A stretch of DNA of 64,000 bases from Trypanosoma brucei (taxonomy: Eukaryota), in the NCBI GenBank assembly GCA_000002445.1, contig CM000207.1, positions 1,792,001-1,856,000 of the forward strand, written 5' to 3'. The notes under the pieces were generated by a model, which worked only from the letters and a program-made list of their open reading frames with translations, ran no database searches and was not told the DNA's origin. Each line of letters begins with the position of its first letter. The first letter of the stretch is position 1. Positions 20,450 to 31,191 of this stretch are shown piece after piece. Made by a program: the position numbers and the translations under genes.

Positions 20450-20467
20450 CGTGAGGGTTTCGTTACC

Positions 20468-20536
20468 ATCACCTCTTCTATTCTCTTCTCTGCATTTTTG
20501 TTTTTGTTCTATCGCCTCATTTTCTTTTCTTTTTAC
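20468..20536 (+). promoter_or_regulatory. polypyrimidine tract downstream of the peroxidase-like gene and upstream of XPC
   Basis: tcacctcttctattctcttctctgcatttttgtttttgttctatcgcctcattttcttttcttttt, about 70 nt of C/T-rich sequence. Confidence 0.45.
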
Positions 20537-20950
20537 ACATACCAAGACTTCGTTTTCTGCATCTTGTCGAAGTTCCCCTACTACACACTTTAATCTACCA
20601 CGCAACAACCTTCTGGAAGATAGCTGTGCGAATAACTGCACATCAGTTTACTACCTAAAAAGAAATCAACAATGGTTGGGAATGATGGTAATGCTAAAAC
20701 ATAAGCTGAAGAAAGGAGATGTATATGGCGCAGCTATAAGGTCTCCGTGTGTGAAGACGATGCTTGCCGCACTTTTTCTTTTCTTCACTTTCTTTTCCTC
20801 TTGATTAATAAAATTTACCTTTTCAATTCCCCCAAAAATAACGAAATAATGTGTGATCGTGCAGCTTGTGGGTGAGGAAATCAGAACCTCCTCTAGTTAA
20901 ATAAACAAATTCAAAAAGAATAGCTTCAGGCAAAATAAAGACAAGGGCCG

Positions 20951-23257
20951 ATGGGGCAGCAGAAAAAAGATGCGGCTCAATCTGTAGCTGCCGTTGCTGC
21001 TCAGAATGTTGACAGTTACCTTCGCGGTGTGACGAGTCGAGCCCGAGTTCCTTCGGCAACTGGCGGAAGAGGTACGCGTCGTAGGCTGGCCTCCCAGGCA
21101 GAAGTCGCTGCAGCCAAGATCAAGGAGCAACCTAAGTCTCTTGATGACTTCGCTGACGCTGATAATGGTGATGATGAGTGGGAGGAAGTGATGTTACCCA
21201 CCTCATTTACACCGTCTAGCAGCACAAAACCCGAGGTAAAGGTGAAAGATGAGAAAAATGGCATCGTGGAAACCCCAGAATTTGGTGCAACAGGACCGAA
21301 CCCCGGACAGGGAAGTGTGAAGGCGGAGCTAGTGGATCTCACTGACGAGGAAAACAGACACAATAGGATATTGGCGAGTGTAACGCCAATGGGGGGTCAA
21401 CAATCTTCCTCCCCCTCCTCCGGGCAATGGCGGCAGCGTGATCCCGCCTATGAGCAAATGCTTGAACAGCAACAACTTCTTGCCGCGAAGCGCCGCTCGG
21501 AACGCACAAAACGTGCTGTGGAAGAAATTTCAACCTTGTTATTTGCCTTGTTGCGGGGAAGGAAAATTGTGCAACAGGCGCGCCACCCAAAGTTAGTTCG
21601 TGGTCTTCTGCGCTTACATGTAGTTGAGGATGCGGCATCCAAGACGTACCCGCTTTTACGTGCCGTTCTTCAAGCGAAAGGTTTGTATGCAAAGGCGATG
21701 AATCCTGCTGTGAGTACCCCGTCCCTTGCACCTTGTTGGGTAACCGCTAATAAGGACAGTGTCAACAATTACACTTCTGCTTCTATTTCCGCGTTGCTTC
21801 GTGGTATAGAATGTGTTTTTGTACTGGATGGCGGTATAGAACATGCGGCTCTATCTAACTGGGCTGCTCCCATACAACCTGGGTATCTTTTTGAGCAGCT
21901 GCGTAAGTACCACTACTCCATTGGATCACCTGGGTGTAGAATCGTTCTCCCCCATAGTTTGTATATTTGCGCTGTGTTTCTTTCTCTCGCAGCTGTTTCT
22001 AATGTTTCCTGCCGTCTGGTGGTGGCGGTGGAACGAATGCGGCGGGGAGACATGTCGGAAAAAAGCGGGAGCGACGGAGGATCGCCGCCGAAAGAAGCAA
22101 TGAGTTTGTTTGGTTCTGGAAAGAAGCGCAAACGAGGCGATGATGCTGGTGCGAAGCAAAATACTCCGAAAAGACTGCCATCTTCTTGCTTCTGGTTGGA
22201 AGTTTGGTGCCCGCAGCGGCAGTCGTACATTTCAGTTAATCCATGTGGGGGTTGCGCCACACTCTTTGCCGCTCCATACACCTTTTCTGTGGGCGGAGAT
22301 GCGATTATGGACGTCACCCCCCGTTACTCCATTAAGTACAGCAGTGCTTTCACTCACAGGTTAGGCCGATGTGATAGGTATCGCCACATCTGGAAAGACC
22401 TTCAGTGGAACGATAACAGGGAGGCGTCTGAAGTCATCGTCGACTTGTTTCGCAGGGATGTTGGTAAATATACGGAGGCGCAGATGCAGAGGGAGAAGAA
22501 GCAGCTGCATTCCCTCACGTACGCGGAGGAGGTGCCGAAGACCCTCACGGCACTGCAGAAGCATCCGCTTTTCATTCTCGAAAATGGTCTCAGTCGGTAC
22601 GAGGGCATATACCCCAAAGACAGCACCACCATGGTTGGCAGCGTTAAGGGCCATATTGTGTTCAAGCGCTCTGCAGTTGTGAGCCTTCGCAGTCGCGATG
22701 GTTGGCTGCGGGAGGGTCGCACGGTGTCCGGTGAAGAAGAACCATACAAAGTAATACCACCGCCACCCTCACGTCCCTTCTCGAAGTCGAGTGCTTTATT
22801 TGGTGTTTGGCAAACGAAACCATTCGCTCCGGAGCCGTTAGGTGAGGATGGTAGTATTCCCAAGCACGGCAATACGCAGTGGTATATTCTGTTGGATAAA
22901 CCAGCACCAATCGGATTGGTGCATATGCAGCAACCGAATATTATTCGGGTGGCAAGGCGTATGAACATTGATTTTGGTATCGTTGTTACTGGATATAGGC
23001 GGCGGCGTTTGAATGAAGCGCGTTCCTCAGGATGGGAAGTGGTGACTGACGGTATCATTGTGAAGGAAACTAACACAGGAAGTCTTGTCAAGGCTTATGA
23101 GGAGTGGAAGCAATTAACGGAGGAACAGGAGGCAGCGAAAAGGAAGCAGAGGGCGTACCGGTGGTGGATGCATTTTGTGCAGCATAGACTGGCATACTTG
23201 CGTATTCGTCAGCAGTATTTGGAGGGAGCTACACATGGACATCTTTCCTCTCACTGA
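20951..23257 (+). CDS. XPC: XPC/Rad4-family nucleotide-excision-repair DNA damage recognition protein
   Basis: 768-aa ORF. A BHD1-like segment HPLFILENGLSRYEGIYPKDSTTMVGSVKGHIVFKRSAVVSLRSRDGWLREGRTV matches XPC THPLYALKRHLLKYEAIYP...[23 protein letters not shown]. A BHD3-like segment ALFGVWQTKPFAPEPLGEDGSIPKHGNTQWYILLDKPAPIGLVHMQQPNIIRVARRMNIDFGIVVTGY matches XPC LFGxWQTEPYxPP...GKVPRNEFGNVYLF...[30 protein letters not shown]. Confidence 0.85.
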   Translation: MGQQKKDAAQSVAAVAAQNVDSYLRGVTSRARVPSATGGRGTRRRLASQAEVAAAKIKEQPKSLDDFADADNGDDEWEEVMLPTSFTPSSSTKPEVKVKDEKNGIVETPEFGATGPNPGQGSVKAELVDLTDEENRHNRILASVTPMGGQQSSSPSSGQWRQRDPAYEQMLEQQQLLAAKRRSERTKRAVEEISTLLFALLRGRKIVQQARHPKLVRGLLRLHVVEDAASKTYPLLRAVLQAKGLYAKAMNPAVSTPSLAPCWVTANKDSVNNYTSASISALLRGIECVFVLDGGIEHAALSNWAAPIQPGYLFEQLRKYHYSIGSPGCRIVLPHSLYICAVFLSLAAVSNVSCRLVVAVERMRRGDMSEKSGSDGGSPPKEAMSLFGSGKKRKRGDDAGAKQNTPKRLPSSCFWLEVWCPQRQSYISVNPCGGCATLFAAPYTFSVGGDAIMDVTPRYSIKYSSAFTHRLGRCDRYRHIWKDLQWNDNREASEVIVDLFRRDVGKYTEAQMQREKKQLHSLTYAEEVPKTLTALQKHPLFILENGLSRYEGIYPKDSTTMVGSVKGHIVFKRSAVVSLRSRDGWLREGRTVSGEEEPYKVIPPPPSRPFSKSSALFGVWQTKPFAPEPLGEDGSIPKHGNTQWYILLDKPAPIGLVHMQQPNIIRVARRMNIDFGIVVTGYRRRRLNEARSSGWEVVTDGIIVKETNTGSLVKAYEEWKQLTEEQEAAKRKQRAYRWWMHFVQHRLAYLRIRQQYLEGATHGHLSSH

Positions 23258-24073
23258 CAAATTTCCACTGCATGCCACACTTTTATTCGCTAAGGGAAGG
23301 GGCACAGTTCCACATATCTTCATCAACCTGATTTGTACTTGAAACCCCTTATGTTATTGTTGTTGGCAGTTTTGTTTCCTTTTATCGCTTCATTTTGTCA
23401 TTATATCACGTACAGCTCACATCGACGCTAGTGGGTATTTAAAGGAGGTAGTCACAGCAGAAACAGCAAGAGGTGTACATTGAAAAACATCGTCACGTTT
23501 CGACACCTTTATAACAACATGGATTCATCCCGATTTGTTTCGGGTTTAAAAATCACTTGTCAATTCCTCTTTTTTTTTTTAAAAAAACTCCGTTCTAGGT
23601 TTCTCTGCAAAAAAAAAAAGACCAGAATGGTGACACGCAACTTCCGTTGCTTTTCACCTTGCTTGTTGCCTACGCCTCTGTTCTTTTGTCCTGCTGAATT
23701 CTAAATACGACACGTTTTTTTTTTTTTTGCTCATCACCCGTACTCTCTCTTGTTTACTATTTTTGTTTCATCTAGGTAGGGGGAAAATCATAGAAGGAAC
23801 GTGAGTTAGGGAGTGTATCCAGCACGGTACAACGAAAAGGAAAAAAAACAGAATAGAAACTCCGTGTCGTTTTTGGTTAGCGTAGACGCTCGTCGTTAGT
23901 GTAGGTGCGGGTACGAACCGCAATTGTTTTATTTTTCCCCTTATTGTTTCTCCGGAAAAGAATCACAAGCACATTCATATACAAAATTTTTGTCTATACT
24001 CCTTATTTCCGTTTAAACGCACTTTTTCTTTTTCGTTTTTCTAAAGAAGAAAGAAAAAAAAAAAGAGGTCCGT

Positions 24074-24457
24074 ATGCGTTCAGCTGTTAATCTCGGCGGA
24101 GCCCCTCGCGTGCCTTCTCAGCGACTACCGGCCTTTGAAGGCGTATCCCCACGTATTGTAGCCCGTCAGGTGCCTGCCCATCGCGGCGAATACGTTTCAC
24201 TTGTCTTACGACCCACATCTTTGAATGCACAACGTAATTCTCTTGTTGCCTCATGTGTCGTTACGGATGAATCCGTTGAGGTGATGGGTCTCCCAGCAGA
24301 TGCGGAAGTCGCACAAGTGAATGAGTTTGTTTGTTACATAAACCCCAGTAGTGGGGAATTGGAGTATTATCAGCATGGGACATATAATGACGAATATGAC
24401 GTGGATGTGTATCGCAAGCTGTTGGAGTTGTGCCCAAAGTTTCCAGCACTCTTTTAG
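24074..24457 (+). CDS. candidate small protein (127 aa), hypothetical
   Basis: This is the only non-low-complexity ORF inside the 2.5-kb gap between XPC and the next gene. It is on the + strand like the rest of the unit, has a balanced amino-acid composition (MRSAVNLGGAPRVPSQRLP...YQHGTYNDEYDVDVYRKLLELCPKFPALF), and is preceded by a polypyrimidine tract near 23700-23760. No homology is recognised, so it could be a chance ORF. Confidence 0.3.
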   Translation: MRSAVNLGGAPRVPSQRLPAFEGVSPRIVARQVPAHRGEYVSLVLRPTSLNAQRNSLVASCVVTDESVEVMGLPADAEVAQVNEFVCYINPSSGELEYYQHGTYNDEYDVDVYRKLLELCPKFPALF

Positions 24458-25391
24458 ATCCATACAGTTCCGTGTTCGACCTGTTTTTGTCCTGTGCAGT
24501 CTAAACCTGAACCGGCATTCATACATGGACGCTACCCATATTTACATTTTTCTTATTTACTTGTGCGGATGTTTGTGTGGGCGTGTGTATTTCTATTATT
24601 GCGCGCGTAAAATGTTCTTCCTTTTTTTTTTACTTTGTTTCCCTTCCATCCACGCTCCCTTTGTGTTTTATTATACCTCCTACTACATTTCTCCATTTGT
24701 TTCTCTTTGATGTCGCGATCATATAAGGCGTGTCGGCGTGTCCACCAGGAAGAAAGCTCAGGGAAAGGGAGAATATAAGAGCAAAAGAGTAAAAGGGGGA
24801 TGTGAAAAGGAGAAAGAGCAAACAAAAAGTGATCATGAAACGAGTACTGAATCTTGCAGGAGCGTAAACTCGAGAAAAAAAAAATTGAAAATTTTTGTAT
24901 TTGCCCTTTCCCCCTTTTTCTTTTCTGGAAATGTGTCATCTTTTTCTTTTTGTTGTATCTATTATTCTCCCTGTTTTGCGCAACCAAAAGAACTACAGAA
25001 ATTTTTGAAACCATTGAAGTTAACAGAACACAGAAAAGCAGATTGAGCAAATAAAAAAGAGAGAAACATAAGGAAGAGAAGCGGGGCTCGAAAAGGACCA
25101 AAGCGGTTAGTGCATTTGGTAACGAATGATGGAAAAAGATTCTACCCCTGAGTGCTACATCGCGCTATTTATCTTTTTGTGCTGCAGTAGGTGGAAGGAG
25201 ACCACCGAGTTAAGGGGGGAAAGTTTTTTTAAAAGTGTGAATGTGGGTGAATCGGGCAGGTGAATGGATGATGCAAGTATGAGAACAAACAGACAAAAAA
25301 AGTATGGAGAACTGACGGATAGTATGAAATATACTTTTCCAGCCACGAGTAGGTGGAAAGAAGTAACAAAGGGGGAAAAGAATGGTGAGGA

Positions 25392-25394
<3 letters not shown>

Positions 25395-25433
<39 letters not shown>
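25395..25433. repeat. (TA)n microsatellite (about 19 units)
   Basis: Perfect TA dinucleotide run about 340 bp upstream of the ATG at 25774. Confidence 0.9.
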
Positions 25434-25435
<2 letters not shown>

Positions 25436-25773
25436 TGCCGTTCCCTCTTCCTCCTCCCCGCGGGTGGCGTTGCCACGTCCTTTTTTCCTTGCTATATTCA
25501 TGAAGGGGTGTAGTAGGCAGTAAGAAGGGGAAAGGACGTTTGTTTATATATACATACACATATACACATGTTCCGTATGCATGCTTCAATCTGGATGACC
25601 GTCCAATCAACCCTTTTCCTTTTTTTCTCTTTCTTTAATATCAATTACCTGTTAACCGACGTCAGGACCATTACGAAGGTGTTTGTTAACTGATTTACAC
25701 GATACGGGATACCCCCGCATGCGTGTGAGCGCTGTAGAGGTCTCGGCGTGGAATTTAGTTGTTTAGCTCAATA

Positions 25774-27651
25774 ATGAAGCATATGTTGCCGATAAGCAAT
25801 TTGAATAAAGGAGTCTATGACCAAGGGAGTAAAGACCCCTACAACATGACTGAAACTTTGTGGTTGGAAATGGAGAAATATGAAACGAGACGCGGTTCTG
25901 GAACTACAGCTCTCAGTAGGACCAATACTGCGTTTTCCCCTCTTCCCACAAAACCCATCCCATTGTTTGTTATCCATCAATGGAGGAATTACGTATCCTT
26001 TTGTAGATGGACTATTGCACAGCGGATTGATTGGAGGGAGGTTTTTTCATACCTGTGCAACCCCAAAACTGAGTCAACAATGGAGACGAATGCTTTGCAT
26101 AACAGTGGTGACGAGGGAATGAACGAGGTGCTGTATTCGAGGGATGGTTTGTTCTCCCTGAGAGGAGATTGTAGTAGCCGGGGTAGTAAATCATCATTTT
26201 CAGGTTATCTGGATCCCGTAAACCTTTCTTTTGAAAAATTAAAGCATGAACTGGTCATGGATTGTACAAGCCGTTTTGGAACCCTTCCCATTTGTGTGCA
26301 TCAGCAGCGTCTCCTCCGGTGGACCAAAATGCTGATACAGTGCGTGGTGTGGCGGTTACGGTACGCATTTAATGTAGTGACGGAGGGGAAAGGGGGAGTT
26401 GCTGTATCTGATGCGGAGCTACAAAGCTACAGAGTTGTTCTTACGAGAGGGCGCGAGGTCTTTGGTGCTGGCCCGTATTTGCGTGAATTGTGCAAACTTC
26501 TGGATGCACACGGAGGCACACTGACTGATTCCCTAGATTTACCGACGATTAATAAATCTCCGAGGGCCCCACCTGTAAATGATGATCCCGTACTCAACAT
26601 GACACTTACAATGGTATTCGACCAGACAACTGCCTGCCCCGGTGTTTCAACATATTTTATCCCGTCTTTGGCAGCTCGGAGCCTGGACGCACTGTGGGTG
26701 GATAAGTTGCACATACCTTGGGATATTTTGGACCCGAAGGATATGCCGGAGAAGGTTCGTACCCGGCTACTTGGACCCATGACCACAAACGAAACGGCTT
26801 ATATAGATTTTTGTCCAGTGAAGAATCGTGTGCAAGGGCAACTCCATTCCACTACATTTCATTTGATGTTTGATGCTGAAGATGTACGCGAAGGTGTTAG
26901 CGAAGGAGAGGACACGTGCAGGCCTAGGATTGTGATGGCAATAAGTTCTCAGCGGGTGGAACTGCATCAACTGATCAGTGTAGTACGTTTGTTGGAAGCT
27001 GGAGGGTACGTCATGCTCACAAAAATTCGTCACTCCACTCATTTGGAGTGCTACCGTGTTCTTCCATTTCTTGGCGACTACATTACTTTGAGAAACATAG
27101 TGAATAACGCAATTCCGTGTACACTGGGATCAGTCGCGGTTGGAGGTCCCGCGGCTGCGGGTGCATTTCCGCATAGTTCCAATGTCTTGAAGATGGCAGA
27201 TCTACTGTTATTTGGACTTAGCAACGCCACGAGAAACCTTTATGAGCATAGTATCGTTTGCTGTTTGCAAAAATACAGGAAGAGGGCAACCGATGGTCGG
27301 ATGACCATTTGTATGCAGCCCCTGTCTCCAGGAGCGGAAACAGGTGTGGTTTCCACAACAGTCTCGAAACCTTGTATTTCTGTTCTTGAAACTGTTGTGG
27401 AGCCAACACTCGGCACGTTGCAACTTATGTTATCGAACGGGAGCTTAAAATCGAGTGGAGGGGAAGACTTCGGTCATTTTGTATTGGATATGCTCGTCAC
27501 GGCTGTTAATAGCGCAATAGCTCGCGTGAGCAGGCAGATCAAGAGCAATTCTGGTACTGGAGGGCAGTTACGTAGTGACCACGCCCTGTTGAGAAGGTAC
27601 ATCAACATGCATCCGGCATCCACCCAACTCCAAGAAAGCAATATATCATAG
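25774..27651 (+). CDS. hypothetical protein
   Basis: The track ORF begins at a TTG at 25759; the first ATG in frame is 25774 (MKHMLPISN...). About 625 aa of non-repetitive, typical coding composition with no recognisable motif. A (TA)n microsatellite and a polypyrimidine tract lie upstream. Confidence 0.6.
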   Translation: MKHMLPISNLNKGVYDQGSKDPYNMTETLWLEMEKYETRRGSGTTALSRTNTAFSPLPTKPIPLFVIHQWRNYVSFCRWTIAQRIDWREVFSYLCNPKTESTMETNALHNSGDEGMNEVLYSRDGLFSLRGDCSSRGSKSSFSGYLDPVNLSFEKLKHELVMDCTSRFGTLPICVHQQRLLRWTKMLIQCVVWRLRYAFNVVTEGKGGVAVSDAELQSYRVVLTRGREVFGAGPYLRELCKLLDAHGGTLTDSLDLPTINKSPRAPPVNDDPVLNMTLTMVFDQTTACPGVSTYFIPSLAARSLDALWVDKLHIPWDILDPKDMPEKVRTRLLGPMTTNETAYIDFCPVKNRVQGQLHSTTFHLMFDAEDVREGVSEGEDTCRPRIVMAISSQRVELHQLISVVRLLEAGGYVMLTKIRHSTHLECYRVLPFLGDYITLRNIVNNAIPCTLGSVAVGGPAAAGAFPHSSNVLKMADLLLFGLSNATRNLYEHSIVCCLQKYRKRATDGRMTICMQPLSPGAETGVVSTTVSKPCISVLETVVEPTLGTLQLMLSNGSLKSSGGEDFGHFVLDMLVTAVNSAIARVSRQIKSNSGTGGQLRSDHALLRRYINMHPASTQLQESNIS

Positions 27652-27892
27652 TTGTGCTTATTTTCAACTTCCCTCCTTTCCCGATGGTAATGGATTTTGA
27701 TCGGTTAACTGACCTGTGCGCATGTGTGCGCGCACCTTCTTTATTTGCAAGTAATTTTTCAAGGTGTTACCGACACCGTTCCGTTGTGCACCAGCATTGC
27801 TTTTTCTTTATGAAACCTGTCAGCTTACCTTCAATTCTTCGAGAAGTCTCTTTCACTACTGGTTTACGTGCTTACACCTACGCAAACACGCA

Positions 27893-27916
27893 TATACATA
27901 TATATATATATATATT
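27893..27916. repeat. (TA)n microsatellite
   Basis: catatacatatatatatatatatat immediately upstream of ATG 27928. Confidence 0.85.
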
Positions 27917-27927
27917 TGAATGAATAG

Positions 27928-29634
27928 ATGGCGATGCATCGGCTATGCGTGCGTGCGCGTCGGCCCACCCACGGTATGGTTCGTCTCATTGGGGGAATCT
28001 TTAGCAGTCACCGTTTGGTTTCCAATATTTCAACCCCCTACCGACCCTTGTCCGACCTCGAAAAGCAGGTTGAGCCCCTTGTACCGTTTACATTTACTGC
28101 ACTCACCCAAATTGCCCATTCCGTTGATGAGGATCTAATGGAGCGAGTGGCTGAATTGGGTGGGCTGAGGAGTTTTCTAGTTAGTTGCCCCCAAACATTC
28201 CGTGTGGCAAAAGTTGGTGACGTCTATGTGGCGCGACGGCTCCGGAAATCTGTAGCGTTTCACAGCACTGTTTCTAAGGACGTGAAGCCCCGCCCTCAAA
28301 ATAAAGAAGGCCATCACTCAAGGGCATTGTCGTGCGATCCGATACGGGCAGTGCCAGATGAAGTGTTTAAACTTATTCCTTCTTTCTTTGTTCCGCTGGA
28401 CGCACTGCTTGACCGAATAAGGAAAGCGGGCTCTATCCAGGACGGAAGTAGCAACAGCCTTCTGAACGCGGGCGACACAGGAGACTTTGAGGACCTTGTT
28501 GCGCGGTTTGTGGAACAATGCAGCAACTACATTGACCTTGTTTTGTTGAAAGATACGAATGATGGGGGAGGGACTGTCCAACAACGTTACGTGCGGCTTC
28601 GACCCTCCGTCAGTCGGCAGTGCGATGATTTGCAAGTTTTCCCCAAGGATGAAAAGTGCGTTGCTCATAACATGGAGTCCTATGAGGTGGCTGAGTACGA
28701 GCAGCATCGAGCTGCTCGGCTCATTCCCATCGTTGAGAAATTTGTGTCCATCACACGGGATATGCGAGATAGTGCTGCGTTGTTGCTTCCAGCTGGACGG
28801 AGTTTAATCCACGTATTCGTATCGGCACCGCATCTCTTCGATGTGCGAGACAAACCGGAACTTTCCGTACGCTTTATACTTGATCCGCGTTTTCGTCCAA
28901 ATTTGACTCTCACCCGCGAGGAAATCGAGAAGAAATTGGAGGAGGTTAACGATTCCCGTGGGTCCAGTGCGATGAGGCTTCCCATCAATCGTAAAAAGCG
29001 GCGCGCGCTGCAGAGGCAACTTCAGTTTATGATCAACCCCTTGCCTTTTTTTGATGAGAATGTCATTGCGCAAGCGTTATTTGACTTGTTGCCCATTGAC
29101 GGACCGATTTCGACGTCCAACTTGTTTTCACTACTTTCCCGTGAGGCCCACCATTGTCTTCCAGCGCTACCCCACCGCATATTTACCAAATACAACCACA
29201 TGTTTCGTACGGTTGAGGGTGAAACTGAACTTCTCGTCCAGCGTGCCGATCTCCCTTTGCCGGAGGAGCGAAACCTTTCAGAAATTAGTTCCGAAGAAAT
29301 TGTTATGCAGCTGTACAACAACTTTCCCCGGAGGAGACATCCAATATGCGGGACGTGCGTGGAACGATGCAGCGTGGGTTTCCCGCAGTCTGTGCGGTTG
29401 CGACTTCGCCAGCTGGATGTATTGAATGATGTGCTTCGTCAGCAGCCGGATAAGGTGGAGGTGATGGATGGGTTGGATGAGGAACTGCTGAAGAACGGTG
29501 TACAATTCGCACAGCCGGGGAGGTTGCAGCTTTTTCGGTTTGTCGGAATCTATCAAGAGGAACTTATTAAGCGCTACGAAACGCTGTGTTTGAAACTTGG
29601 TCGCGACCCAAACAAAACCATGAAACTCTGCTAG
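27928..29634 (+). CDS. hypothetical protein
   Basis: 568-aa ORF with ATG at 27928, directly downstream of a (TA)n tract. Non-repetitive composition and no recognisable domain. Only about 280 bp separate it from the previous CDS. Confidence 0.6.
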   Translation: MAMHRLCVRARRPTHGMVRLIGGIFSSHRLVSNISTPYRPLSDLEKQVEPLVPFTFTALTQIAHSVDEDLMERVAELGGLRSFLVSCPQTFRVAKVGDVYVARRLRKSVAFHSTVSKDVKPRPQNKEGHHSRALSCDPIRAVPDEVFKLIPSFFVPLDALLDRIRKAGSIQDGSSNSLLNAGDTGDFEDLVARFVEQCSNYIDLVLLKDTNDGGGTVQQRYVRLRPSVSRQCDDLQVFPKDEKCVAHNMESYEVAEYEQHRAARLIPIVEKFVSITRDMRDSAALLLPAGRSLIHVFVSAPHLFDVRDKPELSVRFILDPRFRPNLTLTREEIEKKLEEVNDSRGSSAMRLPINRKKRRALQRQLQFMINPLPFFDENVIAQALFDLLPIDGPISTSNLFSLLSREAHHCLPALPHRIFTKYNHMFRTVEGETELLVQRADLPLPEERNLSEISSEEIVMQLYNNFPRRRHPICGTCVERCSVGFPQSVRLRLRQLDVLNDVLRQQPDKVEVMDGLDEELLKNGVQFAQPGRLQLFRFVGIYQEELIKRYETLCLKLGRDPNKTMKLC

Positions 29635-31191
29635 AAAACAAGAAAAAGAAGGCTGAAAACACGGAAGGGGTGTTGGGAAGACTGCGGGCTTTTAAGAGGG
29701 GTTGTTGGAGGAGATTTGTGCAGCCGTTGCTTCAGGTCTCGGGTTGCGTGCACGCTACCATCCGTTGCCGTGTTTTGTTACTATTGAAGTGGTGATGGTA
29801 TGCCGATGTTTGGCTCTGTCTTCTCATTACTTCAATGCTGCTATGAACGTGCTTTGTCACTTTCACTTTAGTTGTTGGTGCTGTGAGGAGCGGATACTCT
29901 GTGTAACGCTGCCTTTCATTTTCATTCCCTGTACAATTAAACTCTCTTTCTACTTTTTCTTCCTTTTATCTGCCCGTTCCTCTATTCGTGTGTGGGTACG
30001 GTTTCCTGTCACGAATATTGTTTGCTTCTGCTCATCCCAATACCTGCCGCTCCTTCACTTCTTCCCCTTCCCAGTTAAAGTAGTGTTGATTAAACATTAT
30101 TTCACGTGCACTGGATGTTATTGATGGCCTCCCCTTTTCGGAACGCACATCTCCCGATGGTTTTCTTTGCCCCATTTTGCGTCAACATTTATTGCGAGTG
30201 ATGAGAACATGGAACTATTGCACGTTTATATGATAAGGCAACTTGATGACTTACACACGCTTCACTAAATATCGTACGAGCGATTACTGATCACCACTTC
30301 TATTCTCCCTCTCTTTCACGAATGTATATGCACGAGGCAGTCGTGTGTAAAATCTCTCACCTCTGTTTTGTTTCTCACACACACTCTCTCTATACCCCAA
30401 TTTGAGCGGTCACACACATTTCTGCATACATACGTACCTGGGCAGTGTGTGGGTTGATTGTTTTTTTTTTAAATTTTGTCTTGGCTCCTTCTGCCATTCC
30501 TTTATTTGCAGTGCGCACATCTCACAAGCCGGCGTAAGAGTCATTCCCCGTGGTCTTATCGTGTACCAGGGTAATGTAGTAACTACGGCAAGATATATGC
30601 ATACAGCCGCATGTGTATGTATGCACATTGGAATGCGTATATCCATAGACATTACAGGTATGTGTGCTTGCATGTGTACGGCATGATGACGAAACAATTT
30701 TGCACGTCAGTTTGAATTAGCAAATGTGAAGATGAAATTGACACAGCTATTTTATGGGCTGTCCTGATCTCAGACAGACGTTTATAAGCGGACGTCTTCT
30801 CTCCTTTCTTTTCAAGGGCGGAGTGCTAAGGACATGTTGACTTATACAATAGTTTTCATGACTACCTTATTGGCCTCCCTTTCTTTCCCTCCCTCTGCCT
30901 TGTTCCTTTCACATGTAAACACAAGCATGTTTATGTTATCATATAAATTAGCACTTATATTTACTGTTTATGTGTGTTGATTTGTTATCCACTTCCGCTC
31001 TGTTGTTGTCGCTCCCTTCGTGACTGTTCTTTCCCTTTTCCCTTTTATGGGGGCTCATACTCTCTCATACACGAACCTTTTCCTCCTTGTATTTGTTGCT
31101 TAATATAATTCTGTTGCTCAAGGGGAAACGTAGGAAAGAAGTGGTGGATTGGTTTTTTTTTAAAAAAAGGGAATAGTGAGGTCTGCTCGCT

